A stretch of DNA of 64,000 nt from the human T2T-CHM13v2.0 reference genome, Homo sapiens. The DNA lies in assembly GCF_009914755.1 (NCBI RefSeq), contig NC_060929.1; one strand, given 5' to 3'. The position numbers and the translations under genes are program-made. Under the pieces are notes generated by a model, which did no database searches, was not told where the DNA came from, and saw nothing but the letters and a program-made list of their open reading frames with translations. Shown one piece after another: positions 47,088-61,065 of this stretch (position 1 is the stretch's first letter; each line of letters starts with the position of its first letter).

Positions 47088-47519
47088 TGTTGTGACAAAG
47101 AGTTGTTAGTTTTCTCCCATTCTGTTTCTTTCTCTTCCTGGCAACCCAATTAGTGGCATTTCCATCCTCAGCTGTGACTGCATGTGGCCAGATGAGTTTG
47201 TTCTTTTCAATGGCAAGAAAATAGTGACATGTACTATTTCTAGGTCTAGTCTGTAAAATCTCATATGTTATGCTCTGTACTTTTTCATTTTCTGCTGCCT
47301 TGATGCAGACAAATATTAGCAATCTTAGAAATGATATGTTGAAAGAGTGGGGTTATCAGAAGCATACTCTTATTTCCAACATTTCTGCTAAGAACAAAAC
47401 CTCCTGACAATCAAGAATACCCAATTAGGACTGTATGTGTGTGAGAAATGAATTTTTGTCATGTTTTGTATCATTTGAGCATTTATTTATGACAACATCT
47501 AGCATTACTTCAGCATACA
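47088..47519 (+). mobile_element. Old MLT1 LTR inserted in a MIR (MIR parts ~47020-47085 and 47520-47680)
   Basis: TG...CA ends; GTGGCCAGATGAG...CAATGG and GTGAGAAATGAATTTTTG are MLT1-type motifs. Confidence 0.55.
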
Positions 47520-49964
47520 TATATTGCTTAATTCTTTGCTCTTTGAGATAGGAATAATATTTTACTCACTTTACAGATGATGAAACTGGCTCATAGGAAT
47601 TTAAAAAAAAATCTAAGTGGAAAACAGTTTCTAAATGGTAGAGTTGGGTCTTGATTCAAGTTCTCTTTCTGGAGGCCTTTTTCTCTTGTTATAGTTATTA
47701 GATAAGAGATAAGACAATGCTCTTATAATTTCCAAATCACATACTTTGCACTATGCAGATAAATCCTTTAGGATTGAAAACATGTTTGCATCCTAGGCTC
47801 TCAATAAATTCCTGTATTCACTAACCTTTGATTTCAATTTGAGGGTTGCACTCAATGAAATTCTATGTGTCAATAATTGGTAAGTTTTTCAAAGAAAATA
47901 GAGATAAAGTTTGACAATCTCAAATATTTTAGATTTAAAGAAGAGTTAAAAGGAATTATTCAGTAGGTGTACATATCTATTACACATAGATGATATATTT
48001 GAGGGTTCGTAATCAGTTATTAAATAATATTAATCTATAGTGAGCACTTTAAAAATGTCTGTTTTTGTAGTTTAAATTATTGAGAACATATCAACAGCAA
48101 CCATTTTTGTTACTGTTTAATATTTTACTCAAGTTATTGTCATTGAATTATTTCATGATTTCAATCATAGGAAATCTTCAGTTATCTTGAATCTTGATGA
48201 GGTCTGTATTTTTAAATCCTGTACCTCATTGTCATTCAAGAAATTTTAGGCTTTCTACATCCATCAAGGGATAGTACTATAACTGCATCATATTGTTTGG
48301 ATGATTGGAAAAGACATTTTGAACTGTTGCCATATTATATGCACAATCAAGTTAAGCACTGTAAATACATCACAGTATAATATAGTTTTAAATGTAGAGA
48401 TCTTGCATGCTTATTAAAAATAAAGAAGCAGAAGAACCAATATTAGTAGTCTTGGGAGTTAAGCAAGCACATACCCAAAGAGAAAAAGCCCACTGGTTAG
48501 TGGAAAAATTTAACATCAATTAAATAAAGAATAGCATTCTCAAAGTTCGAAACAAGTAGTGAAGTGCATGAAGGCAATGAGGAAGCTCACAATCGGCATA
48601 ACAAAATGCTTGAAATACCAGAGGAAATACACTTTCGCTGTTGTATTATAAAATAACATATTTATTCTTGGTTGATAACTAAGTATAACATTCCATGCTA
48701 AGGACCAAAGTCCATTTTCTTTTTGAAAAAATATTGACATCATTTTCCGTAATAACAAATGAAAGCAAAAACTGCATCTCAACAACCGAATGCTGAGTTT
48801 GTTTCACTGGAGAGTGACAGTTTTCTCTTTATCTCTCCCTGCTAATTCTCAGTGTTACCTGTTACTCTTGACTTCACTGCTCCAGGAGTAGAGTCTAGTT
48901 TATGAGCCAAACTTCCTAGAGGAACACTAGGTCCTCTCTTTGCAAATAAAGTTCCATTTAGTCCTGGCAATGCAAAGCTTTCTGGTTCAAAGAGAAGAGT
49001 CTTATAAGACTTCTTGGACACCAAATAACTCTTACAAAACAACATTTTGATGAATTAAGTGTAAATGAATCAGAAACATATGGATTAAATTTCCTTTCAA
49101 ATATGCATGCCTTTTCCTAATTAAGGGGGAAAATGTTTGGCAAAATGTATTTTGCTGAACCCAAAATACTAGAATAAAACTCAGTGTTTTCCTGGACCCC
49201 CAAATTATGCTGGAGCCTCTTTTCTTTTAAAATTAATTCATGTTTAGACTTAATACAGTTTATTTTTTTAAATTTGAAAATGACTTTATTCTGAGCTGTA
49301 ATTACTTCCTTGGATTAGTGCTTTTTTTCAGTTATTGATAAAACCTTTGACACTCAGCTTTACTTCCAGCTTTATATTCACATGTTACCAAACGTTTGGT
49401 AGAAGGAATGTATTCTGCTTCTCTGTCAATAATTGTGCAACCTTAATTTTGCATTTTGTTCAAATGGTAAAAGCACTGTACAAATTGTCTGGAATTTTTT
49501 TGCCATGCTGTGGTCACTTGTAAAAGGCATAGACCAGAACAACTTTTGAAGATGCTGAACAAAGAGACATCAGTTCCAGCTCCAAAGAGACACCAGTTCC
49601 TGCAGAGACACCCAGGGAGAAAGTGTGTTGTGTGGTACTGCACTCATTCTGCTGCTATAAACATGTCCATTCCTTCTCTACCCTCCTCATTATGCCATGG
49701 CAATAGAGGAGGAAATGAGCACAGTTGGTTTTTACTAAGTTCCAGTAATCTTTTTCCATCCTCTTAATTTACCTCTTTGGGTAGGCATACGCTAAGAGGG
49801 GACAAAAGAGTAAATGCTTACTGAATTAGCTGTACTGTGTGCATTGGCAGTTAAGGTCCTACTGTCCTTTCACCAGAGAGTTCTAGCTAAGGAATGTAAG
49901 ACTTCTGATCTCTCCAGCCTACTTTGGATACTTTTTCTTTTTTTCTCTAAACTATGAGCAAGCA

Positions 49965-50380
49965 AGTCTTCATCATTTTTCCACCTAAACTAAACATTCC
50001 CTGCTCCCCCACCCTCTGTCCAGGGCCTTTGCACATGCTGTTTCCTGAGCTTGGAACACTTCCCTACTTCCCACCTCCCAGCCACACCATCACTAATCAT
50101 ATTAAGCTTTCAAGTCACAGTTCAAATGTTACCACTCCAGATAGTTTTTTTGAACACATATGTTCCCCTCTCTTGCAAAGCTTTTTGTTTTCTTTATAGC
50201 ATTTAAAATCACAATTGGCAATTATTTTAGTGATGTGTTTGTTTCCTTGTTTTCTATTTCTTCCACAAAGGCAAGGATTATATTTGCCTTGTTTATGACT
50301 TTTCATCTCAGTGCTTAGCAAAGGACCTGGCACACAGAAGTACTGAATAAATATTTGTTGAATGAATGAATCAAAGAATG
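49965..50380 (+). mobile_element. L2 3' end
   Basis: CAGGGCCTTTGCACATGCTGTT...CCTGGCACACAGAAGTACTGAATAAATATTTGTTGAATGAATGAA. Confidence 0.8.
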
Positions 50381-52542
50381 AGTCATTAGGTGGCCTTGTC
50401 CTCCTTTAGGGCTTTGGCATGCAACCCTGTGGCAAACATGTTCTTGAGTAAATAGAAAGTGGGTTTGCTGGGACACTAATAGTTAGTGTCTGCTGTTTCA
50501 GTTTAATTATTACTAGTAGTCTCCTCTGCTTTCAGCAGCATCCTGGTTCAGGTGATTTAATTATATAGTCCCTGCAGTTATCTAGTATTTTGAATCTTAT
50601 TTATTTCTTTTAATGTAAAGACAGTGTCTACTGGATTTGTCATAGGGATATGGTGCTCTGGTTGGATATATCTGAAGAAAACATGTGACTGTGCCTATCT
50701 GTGGTCTGGAAGACAGTATATTGTCCATAGAGCGTAAAGAGTATTGGTTGATCATATATAACCAAGATAAGAGATGGTTCAAAAAAGAATAATGAAGTTG
50801 TGCATCATCTGGCTTCTGAGGCGATATATAGCAATGATCTCAAGAATTCTGATATGAATAGAAGAATAGACAAATTGAGATTGATGACTGAGGCAGGAAA
50901 AGGAAAGTCTTCATGATACGTACCATGTTAGTTGTTGAAGTTACAAAGATTTATAAGACTTTATTGCTGCCTTTCAGGGGCTAAATTTGCTTCTAAAAAA
51001 GAGACATACATGTAAAAAGGATAAATAGACTATGTGTACAATATATAGAGAAAATGTGGTGTAAGATCTTGGTGGGTAGATTCAGAATGTTTGGTGTCCA
51101 GGAACTAAAAGAAAACATCTTTGGCAAAGTAGGTGGAGATTAGATTGATAAGTCAAACCTTGTTTGACTTAGGAGGTGTAACTTGAGGACAGCAGAAATG
51201 GAGAGAAAAGAGATTATTCTGAGAAGTGTTTATTCATCACTTTAGTAACCCAGAAGTAAATTTAGTAAAACAACAACAACAACAACAACAAACCACGAAG
51301 AAATATAAAGTAGTTAACTGTTCTGTTTTGGGAAAATCCTGATGCAAATAATTATAAAAATTTATAATTTTGATATCAACATTTTCCCCCAAATTTTCAA
51401 GGATACACTGAATTAGAATAAGTTAACTTGTATAAGTTTCTAATTCATTTTATTATGATGCTTTTATAGATTTCTATTTGCAGGACAAGTTTTTAGAAAT
51501 GTTTATTTTTTCTTAGGGGATATATCTGAAATATGGTAAGCTGCTGCTTTGTTAGTATTTCCCAAAGTGTGTTCACGGATATGACTTCTGTGGGATGTTA
51601 TGGGTGTTAGGAGGAAAAGGGTTTCATGGTCAAATTATTTTAGGAAGCTCCAGAGTAAGCAAAGTTGAACAGATTTCCTTTTTGCTAGAATGTTCAGCAA
51701 CTTTATTATGTTAATTTATCTTGTAATTGTAAGAATGGGACACAAGATGCAGAGCTTCTGGCACTTTTTGAAAGATAGAAACTTGTTTTAAAAGATAAAA
51801 AATAAGAAACAGTACTGAGATGAAGTTAGAGTACATAGATTTATTGGGGAGTAACCTATGAAAGGAAAGGGAAGAAAACAAGATGGAGCCATGGGAGCTC
51901 TTGGGCTTATCTGAAAAAGTCTTTGTTAGCTCCACAGAGAGCTCTGGAGCAAAGATTGCCATTAGAGGAGCCCTCAGTTGGGCTGTCAAGGTGAGGCCTT
52001 TGTTTCAGAGTCTGCTCAGTCATTGGCTGGTGCCACCCTGAAAAGATTATGACTTTGATTCAAAAGCTAGAGGAAGACATGAAGGAGTTAAGAGTTGGAA
52101 GTTGTTCAAGCAAATTCCTTGCAGTTAGGCAACATGTCCTTTCTTGCAAGGGGGCCCAAGAAGTCCACTTCTTTCACTACCTCACACACATTTGAGAAAC
52201 AGCTCCTCCAGGGTCACAGTTGGTCTCTCTTTCTGAGGGGAAACGTGGAAGAGGAAGGTTAGAAGGACAAACTGGCACTACAGTTCATCTTGAAACTGTA
52301 ACTCTGTTCATCCTCTCCCTCTACCACTACCTGTCCTAAATTCCCTTTGCCTTCCGCCTTCACCTCTCCTAACACAGGTAGATATCCTAATGGTTCAAGA
52401 CCATCTGTTCTCAGTCCAATGCTGTTGCATTTGTCCATTCATGATCATGACTGAGAAGGGAATACCAACAAGTACTGAAGTGGGTCATCTAAGTTCCACA
52501 TGTATTCCTCACTGTGGCTATTTGTATAACAGCAATCTTACC

Positions 52543-52860
<318 letters not shown>

Positions 52861-54300
52861 TGAGGATCAAGATCAATTTGCCTTGCCAAAATGCAACTTG
52901 TTTTCGCCTATCGATCCCTGGACACAGCTATAGCTTTTCGGTCTCTGGTACTCTGCTGTGTCTTGCAGCAGAGAGTGTCCTCTTTGGGGACAAGGAGTTC
53001 TAACCTTACAGAGCTCAGAGTTGCAGCGCCACAAAATTTCCCCCTTAGTCATTTGGAATGATGGTAAATAGGCCATTATTTCTTCCATCCCATCTTCTCA
53101 TATCCATATAGCTTTCCTACTGGGACACAGTCTCTCTCATTCAGCACACTCTGCTTCCTGGGGGATGGCACCACATCCTTGCAGAGTATTGTTTTCAAGC
53201 TGGTCTTCAGCTGTGATTTAAACAGGTCTTTCCAGTGTTCTATGAGGCCTGCTGCTACAGGATGGTGTAGAATGTAATACACTAGTGGCTACTTTGGTGA
53301 TAGATCCATTCCTGCACCTCCTTCACTGTGAAGTAGGTTTCCTGGTCAGATGCTATGTTTGTGGAACAGATACTTCGTAAGCCCCAGATATGGTACTGGC
53401 TGAGGATCTGTGGTTAGGAAAGGCAAACCCATAACTGGAATTAGTGTTTATTACTGTGTAACCAAATCACTGGCCTTTAATGATAACAGAATCCAGTGTG
53501 GTCAACCTACCACCATATGGTTGGTCAATCTCCTTAGGGAATATTGGCATATTGGGGTTTCAACTGTAGTCTCTTTTGCTGGTAGTCTGGGTATTCAGAG
53601 GCAGCAGTAACTAGATTGGCCTCGGTCAGTGGGAGTTCATGTTGTTGGGTCCATGCATAGCATCTCTGCCACCATGGTCATTTTTTTCCAGTTGCTTATT
53701 GTGCCAGCATTGAAGTGGCCACTGACAATGTCTAGCTATTATCAACTGGTGATTCATTTGGTCTACTTATTTGTTTAGTACATCTTATGTGGTGGGTGCT
53801 TTTGATGGGTATTGAAGTATAATATAAGTACCTCATCTTTTATGTCTTTCTGTGTGCTTCTATCCCAGACCTCCTTCTCTCAGGCTCCTGACCAACTGGC
53901 CAGGCCATTTGCCACTGCCCATAAATCCATATATTTTCTAATATCAGGCCACATCTCTCTACAGAAAGTGGATGACTATGTGCACCACCCAAAGCTCTGT
54001 TCATTGTAAAGATTTTTCTTCTCCATTTGACTTTCAAGACCACCTCTGAGTGAGTAAGTGATGAAACTGTGTTGTATTTTTGACTTCACCTGCATACTGA
54101 GCAAAACCATCCATAAATTAAGCTCAGCCTTTTCTTCCTCCTTTAGCAAGCTGCTAGTGTTAAATTTCCCATATGGCCTGAATATGAGCTTGAAGGAGAA
54201 GGGTGCTGGTGCAACCATTCTGGGCAACGTGAAGCACAAGCTACCTCCTCATGCAGCTTGCTTGTGTCTTCTGATCCTGTAAGTGCCGTTTTCATCTTAT

Positions 54301-55029
54301 TGTGTCCACAATTGGTTCCTTCCAGTGGGTTTTTGGTCTCGCTGACTTCAAGAATGAAGTCGCGGACCCTCGCGGTGAGTCTTATAGTTCTTAATGATGG
54401 TGTGTCCAGAGTTTGTTCCTTCAGATGTTCAGATGTGTCCAGAGTTTCTTCATTCTGGGGGTTCGTGGTCTTGCTGACTTCAGGAGTGAAGCCACAGACC
54501 TTCACAGTGAGTGTTACAGCTCTTAAAGGTGGCATGTCCAGAGTTGTTTGCTCCTCCTGGTGGGTTCGTGGTCTCACTGACTTCAGGAGTGAAGCCGCAG
54601 ACCTTTGCAGTGAGTGTTACAGCTCATAAGGGTAGTGTGGACCCAAAGAGTGAGCAGCAGCAAGATTTATTGTGAAGAGCAAAAGAACAAAGCTTCCATA
54701 GCTTGGAAGGGGACCTGAGCAGGTTGCCGCTGCTGGCTGGGGTGGCCAGCTTTGATTCCCTTATTTGGCCCCACCCACATCCTGCTGACTGGTCCATTTT
54801 ACAGAGTGCTGATTGGTGCATTTTTACAGAGTGCTGATTGGTGCATTTACAAACCTTTAGCTAGACACAGAGTGCTGGTTGGTGTGTTTTTACAGAGTGC
54901 TGATTTGTGCATTTACAAATCTTTAGCTAGACACAGAGCACTGATTGGTGTGTTTACAATCCTTTAGCTAGACAGAAAAGTTCTCTAAGTCCCCACCCAA
55001 CCCAGAAGCTCAGCTGGCTTCACCTTTCA
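54301..55029 (-). mobile_element. LTR12 (ERV9) solo LTR, short variant
   Basis: GTCTCGCTGACTTCAAGAATGAAG repeats, GCTGATTGGTG (CCAAT) repeats and a GCTGGCTTCACCTTTCA end. Exact TSD TTAT. Confidence 0.93.
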
Positions 55030-56392
55030 TTATGATTGCTGCTAGACCCACTCAACTCTGTGACTTGGCATGTCTGACAGGACCTAGACCATGATAGGAA
55101 GTTCTGGATGCAAAATTGCCTGAGATTCCATGGCCAAGCATAATACACTGCCTAACCCCAATAGCACTCCAAGAGCTGTTTCTCAAAAGCATGTAGTTCT
55201 ATGTTGTGGATGGAAGGCTATACTTCAGGACTCAAAGAATCTGTATTAAGATTCTCCTACTAAGGCTTGAAACATACTCCACACTATACCTTTTCCCACC
55301 ACTGACTTTTAACACTGTTGGTTCTTGTGGATTTCATGGCTCAGGTAGCCTGGTTACTTGCACCATAGCTTGAATGCATGCAGTGTACCTGAAAAGGCCT
55401 GCAAGACATTATGCGTCCTTCTTTGTAGTAGAGGATATAAGATGCAACAATTTGAGTTTTACTTTACAGAGGATATCCTGATATGTACTTGATCACTGGA
55501 CCTCCCATAACTTTACTGGAGTGGCAGGTCCCTGAAGATTTGTAGGGTGTATCTCCCACCCTTTGAAGTACACATTTTTTAACAAGGTCTGCAACTGCTT
55601 TTTGCTCACCCTACTCTACTAACTTGGTGTCATTGATATAATACTGGAGCAATGTGATATTCAGTGAGGTATACAAATAGCTCAGATTTCTTCAGTTTAT
55701 ATTATGACAGAGGGTAGGAGAATTAACAAAGTCCTTGGACGAAATCATGAATATATATCATTGTCAGTTCCATGTGAATGTAAACTGTTTATTATATTCT
55801 TTCTTGACTGGAATAGAAAATGGCACACTTGCGGAATCAGTAGCCACACATCACATATCTAGGGCTGTGTTAATCTGCTCTGGTAGTGATATCACATCTC
55901 ATAATGCAGCTTGTTTGATCTTGTGGTAGTCATGGCCATTCTCCAGGATCCAACTAGTGATTGCAGGGACTAGACTAGAAAAATGTATAAACCACTATAC
56001 CTGCATTAATTTGATCTTTAAAAGTGGCATTAATCTCTTTACCATTCCTGGGATACAATTTTTATTTTTTTGATTTTTCACTTTCTATGGGTAGAGTAAG
56101 GACAGTTTTGGAAGTTTCAATTGGGCTTCTCAACTAAGACAGCTTTTACCCCACAAGTCAAAGACCCAATGGAGGGTTACTCCAAGTGCCAAATATGTCA
56201 TTCCTAATCATTTATTCGGCAGCCAGGGAAATGACCAGCAGTTGGGTCGACAAACTCAGTGGGCCCCTTGTAAACTCAATTATGGCCAGTCTTGCCCTTT
56301 TTCCTGGAGACCTGGCCACCACTTAAATCAACAGTTTCCAGATTTGAAAACTGGCTCAGTTTTGGGAACTGATCAAGAGATCATGACATTTT

Positions 56393-56690
56393 ATTGGTTG
56401 ATTGATTGATTGAGACAGGGTCTCACTCACTCACCCAGGCTGGAGTGCAATGGTGTGATTTTGGCTCACTGCAATCTCTGCCTCCTGTAGTCAAGCCATC
56501 CTCCCATCTCAGCCTCTCAAGTAGCTGGGAATACAGGTGTATGCCACCATACCTGGCTAATTTTTATATTTTTTGTAGAGAAGGTGTTTCACCATGTTGC
56601 CCAGGCTGGTCTCAAACTTCTGGGCTCAATCGATCCCACCTTTGCCTTCCAAGATGCTGGGATTACAGGCATGCGCCACTGTGCCTGGCC
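56393..56690 (-). mobile_element. AluJ-like with (TTGA)n tail
   Basis: Dimeric Alu; TSD AGATCATG(A/G)CA(T/C)TTT. Confidence 0.92.
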
Positions 56691-56764
56691 AGATCATGGC
56701 ACTTTAATGGGGGCAATAGCTGTCTGATTTCTGCTTGTTCATTCTTATATGCTTATTTATATTT

Positions 56765-57175
56765 ATTCCTTGACTTTTATTTTAGGTTGAGGGGGAAAAT
56801 GTGCCAGTTTGTTACATGGATAAATTGCATGTTTCTGAGGTTGGTGTACGAATGATCCCATCACCCAGGTAGTGATCATAGTACCAAATAGTACCATACC
56901 CCTCTCCCCTACTTCCCCTGAGTAGTCCCCAGTGTGTATTTTTGCCATCTTTATTTCCATGTTTACCCAGTATTTAGCTCCTGCTTATCAGTGAGAACAT
57001 GCTTCCACACAGCAACAGAAACTATCAATAGAGTAAACAGATAACCTATAGAATGAGAGAAAATACTCAGAAGCTATGCATTCAACAAATATCCAATGTC
57101 CAGAATCTATAAGGAGCTTAAACAATTCAACAAGCAAAAAACAAACAACCCCATTAAAAATGGGCAAAGGACATG
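56765..57175 (-). mobile_element. Short 5'-inverted old L1 (L1PA15/L1PB-like): 3' end on minus 56765-57002, inverted ORF2 piece on plus 57001-57175
   Basis: GTTTGTTACATGG...GTGAGAACATGC is joined to GCTTCCACACAGCAACAGAAACTATC...AAATGGGCAAAGGACATG. TATATTT flanks both sides. Confidence 0.75.
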
Positions 57176-57184
57176 TATATTTCT

Positions 57185-58525
57185 TTTAAAATCAGTTTTC
57201 TTGTGGTAGAATTGATGTTAAATAAAATTATATTTTAAGTGTTAAATTTGATGAGTTTTGAAGTATAGTCATGTACCTTTTACACAATCATCATGTCAAA
57301 ACATTACTAACACCCCCAAATTTCTCTCATGGTCCTTTACAGTAATTATTCACCCCCATCCCCAGCCTCTGTTAACCACTGTTTTGCATTCTGTTGCTAC
57401 AGTTTTGCCTTGAAAATTTTTATTAGACAGTACATAGTCTTTGGGGACCTACTTTCTTTTTATTTAGCATAATGCTTTTGATGCTTATCTATATTGTAGC
57501 ATGTGTCAGTAGTTCCTTCTCCTTTTGTTGAATACTATTCCATTGAATAGATAGCCCACAATTATAATTATTAATCAAGATGATATAAATTTTCAAGTAA
57601 AATCTTTGTGTAAAGTTACACTTTTACTACCCCTGGGAAAATACTTAGAAATAGAATTCCTGGGTCGTATAGCAAGTATATGCCAAACTTTGTAAGAAAT
57701 GACCCAACTTCTTTTCCAAGTGACTGAACATACCAGTGAAATATGAAAAGTCCAGTTGCTCTACATCTTTTCTAACAGTTAGTATAGTTAGTTTTTAAAA
57801 TTTAACTGTTCTTGTGGATGTGTAGCGGTATCTCATTGTCATTTTAATTTGGATTTCTCTATCAACTAGGGAAGCTAAGAATCTTTCTAAGTGCTTCCAA
57901 GCCATTTGTATATCCTCTTTGGTGCAGTGGCTACTCAACTGGCCCATATTTTAATAAGACAGTTTCTGTTCTTATTATTGAACTGTAAAAGTTTTTAAGC
58001 ATATTCTGGATAGGTGTTTTTAAAATCAGATACATTTAAAAAATACCTTATCCAAGCCTATTGGGATTGCTGTTTCATTTTCTTGGTAAATTTTGAGGAG
58101 CAAAAGATCTTAATTTTGATAAAGAAGAATTTACCAATTTGTTATTTTATGGTTCATACAGAACAATTTATCAATTTGTCATTTTATGGTTCATACCTGT
58201 TGTGTCCTATGAGGTATCTGTCAGGCTGAAGGGCAGAACAATTTTCTTCTATAGCTTCTTCTAGAAGTTTTATAACTTTGCTTTTACATTTAGTGTATGA
58301 TCCATTTGGAGTTAGCCTTTGTTTATGGTGTGAGGTAAGAGCTGATTTTCTTTTATTATTTTTACTTTTATGCATATGAATATTTTTACTTAGCCTAATG
58401 CTTTTGATGCTTATCTACATTGTAGTATGTATCAGTAGTTCCTTCCTCCTTTGTTGAGTAATATTCCATTGAATGGAACTGAATGTGAATATTGATTTTT
58501 TTCAAGATCATTTGTTGCAAAATTA
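57185..58525 (-). mobile_element. Old L1M (L1MB/MC-like) 3' fragment
   Basis: GGTATCTCATTGT...GCCATTTGTATATCCTCTTTGG...CTTCTAGAAGTTTTATA are L1M motifs. Confidence 0.75.
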
Positions 58526-58915
58526 ATATCTGTGTCTCTGTATCCATCTCCCTCTCTCTACCCATTCATCCTCCATTCATTTTAACTTTGTCATTTATGT
58601 TGATTGCAACCCTGGTTTCTGGTGGTTAAGTACCCTTTTCTGGCCTCTATTGCTTTAGTGCCCCATTATCTTCATTGTTATCAATGAGACAAATTCTGTT
58701 ATGGTGTTTTCTATATCAGTTTTGATCTGCAGAGGAGAGCCATTATGAACTTTTAAATAATGATAGTGTCCCTCTCATATTCTTGATGGCTTTGGTCAAT
58801 TGTGTACCCTCTGGGCATCTTTTGTGACATAGAATAGAATCTTCTGATGGGGTTATGTATAATCTCCCCAGGTCTTACATATCATAGACACCTCAGTATG
58901 CATGATTTCTTAAGC

Positions 58916-58960
58916 TTTTTTTTTTTTTTTTTTTTTGAGATGGAGTCTTGCTCTGTCACC
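58916..58960 (-). mobile_element. Extremely 5'-truncated Alu (~24 bp plus tail)
   Basis: Poly(T)-GAGATGGAGTCTTGCTCTGTCACC, then non-Alu sequence. Confidence 0.8.
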
Positions 58961-59493
58961 AATTCCTTTCTCGACCATCTGCTATGGCAATTCAAGCATT
59001 TCAGTTTTTCTCAGTGTGAATTATTACTTCCTCCAGGCTTATTGGAGCCACCCTAGCTGCAAACTGACACCATCTTTCAGAGTATTTTCCAGGGTGTTAA
59101 ATATATATTGTGAGACAGTGTTCTAAGCCAATTAGCATTCAATGTATCTAGTCCTGTAATCCAGCCCCCTTTATCAAACACTCATTAAACCCAGGCAATA
59201 GGTACTATTCTGGTTTCTGCTAATACATACTGGTTGGTTCTTTCATGTCTTTGTGGATATAGTTCCTATTCCTCTTTTATCAGGTCCAGCACTTCCGACT
59301 GGATTATTGCTGCAACTTAATCCTATTTTTTTGATGATTTAGCATAAAGGAGGTAAGGGGGGGTGCTGAGTGGAGGTTCCTGTTGCTTTGCAGGTTAGGG
59401 GCTTCTGCAGGCTATTCTTGGATTGGGGAAGTGCTAAGTCTTAACAGGGAGGGCTAGGACATCTTTGCATGTTCTGAACTTAAGAGTAGTCTG

Positions 59494-59791
59494 GGCTGGG
59501 CGTGGTGGCTCAAGCCTGTAATCCCAGCACTTTGGGAGGCTGAGGTGGGCAGATCACGAGGTCAGAAGTTCGAGGCCAGCCTGGCCAATATGACGAAACT
59601 CCGTCTCTACTAAAAATACAAAAATTAGCTGGGCATGGTGGCATGCACCTGTATTCCCACCTACTCAGGAGGCTGAGGCAGAAGAATCACTTGAATCTGG
59701 GAGGTGGAAGTTGCAGTGAGCTGAGATCATGTCACTGCACTCCAGCCTGGGCAACAGAGCAAGACTCTGTCTCAAAAAAAGGAAAAAAAAA
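59494..59791 (+). mobile_element. AluSg-like
   Basis: Dimeric Alu; TSD AAGAGTAGT(C/T)T. Confidence 0.95.
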
Positions 59792-61065
59792 AAAGAGTAG
59801 TTTTGGGAAAAAAAATCCTAGGAGGAATCCACCCACATGTTATCATTTCATGCATTAGGGTCCCAGGTGTTTCTAAGCAGGGTCCTAATCTTGCATCAGT
59901 TGAACATTCAGACCTGCATCAGGTGAACATTCATTTTTCTTTGAAACTGGGAGACTCTTCCTACTAAATCCTGAATTTGGTCTTTAGCTTTTCTTGCTTT
60001 CCAGAGTAGGAAAAATGAGGAATAAGGGCTTTTTAATAATCTGCCAAAGGACCCTATAGCCTTCACATTTAGTTTTCAATTGTTAACTGCCCTCAGTTTT
60101 TCATAATTCCTTTTAGGGGTAAGTGTAAGTTAATAACAATCAGTGAATTTCATTGACTTTCTATGCATCGTTTCTATTACATTTTCAAATACCTGAATTA
60201 CAGCACAATGGCCAGGGTGCTCCTCTCCACAGGTACATTTCTTCAAGGTTTAGCCATTGGGCCAATGTCTTGAGGCAGGGACTACCTGTGGCATGATATC
60301 ACCTCGGATGGGTCCTTATTGTCAGTCAGGGAGTTAGTGATACCGTTGCTAAACTCTATTTTGCCACCTGGTTTCTAAGACTTTTGATTGTTCCACTATA
60401 TTAGATTTTCTGGGAAGCAGATGCTAAGACAGAGTTAGGATTGGAAAGATTTATTGGAGATTAACACCTAAGACAGGAAAAGGGAAGAAATAATATTGAC
60501 AGTAGGGAAATAGGATTGCAATGTAGATCTGACAGTCTCCTAACACACTGAAGAATCTGAAGTGAAAATTGCTTGTTTCAGAGGTGTCTCATGTTGAGTA
60601 GTAAGTGGCTGGGTCCTTTTACTACATTCTTGCTCAGCCATCGATTGATGCCACCTTGAGAAGAGCACGACCTTGGGATGAAACCTGGAGCAGATATGAA
60701 GAAATTAATAACCACAGGCTGACAGCTAACTGGACCTTTTGGGGCTGGGTAAACGTCCCTTCTTGAAAGAGGATCCGAGCGGCATATTTCCATTTTTATC
60801 ATATGAGATATCTTGCTGGTCTAGTGTTCTATGGAACACATTTGCATCCTGTTCTATTAATTCTGCTAATGATAATGAAACAGTTTAGTAGTAGATAAGC
60901 ATAATTATTGTTACTATTAGTATAACTTGGCAATATTTAAATACTTGCACAAATTTGGGTACAACTGGATGCTTTATACCTACTAAACCTCTGCTTCCTA
61001 TTTAAAATTTTTATTTTAAATAAAAATTTTAACTTTCTCTCTCAGCTTTGGAATTTAAAGAATCA

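Noticed and set aside
49561-49613. AAAGAGACA(T/C)CAGTTCC repeated two to three times
   Set aside because: A short degenerate tandem duplication with no unique spacers and no further support.
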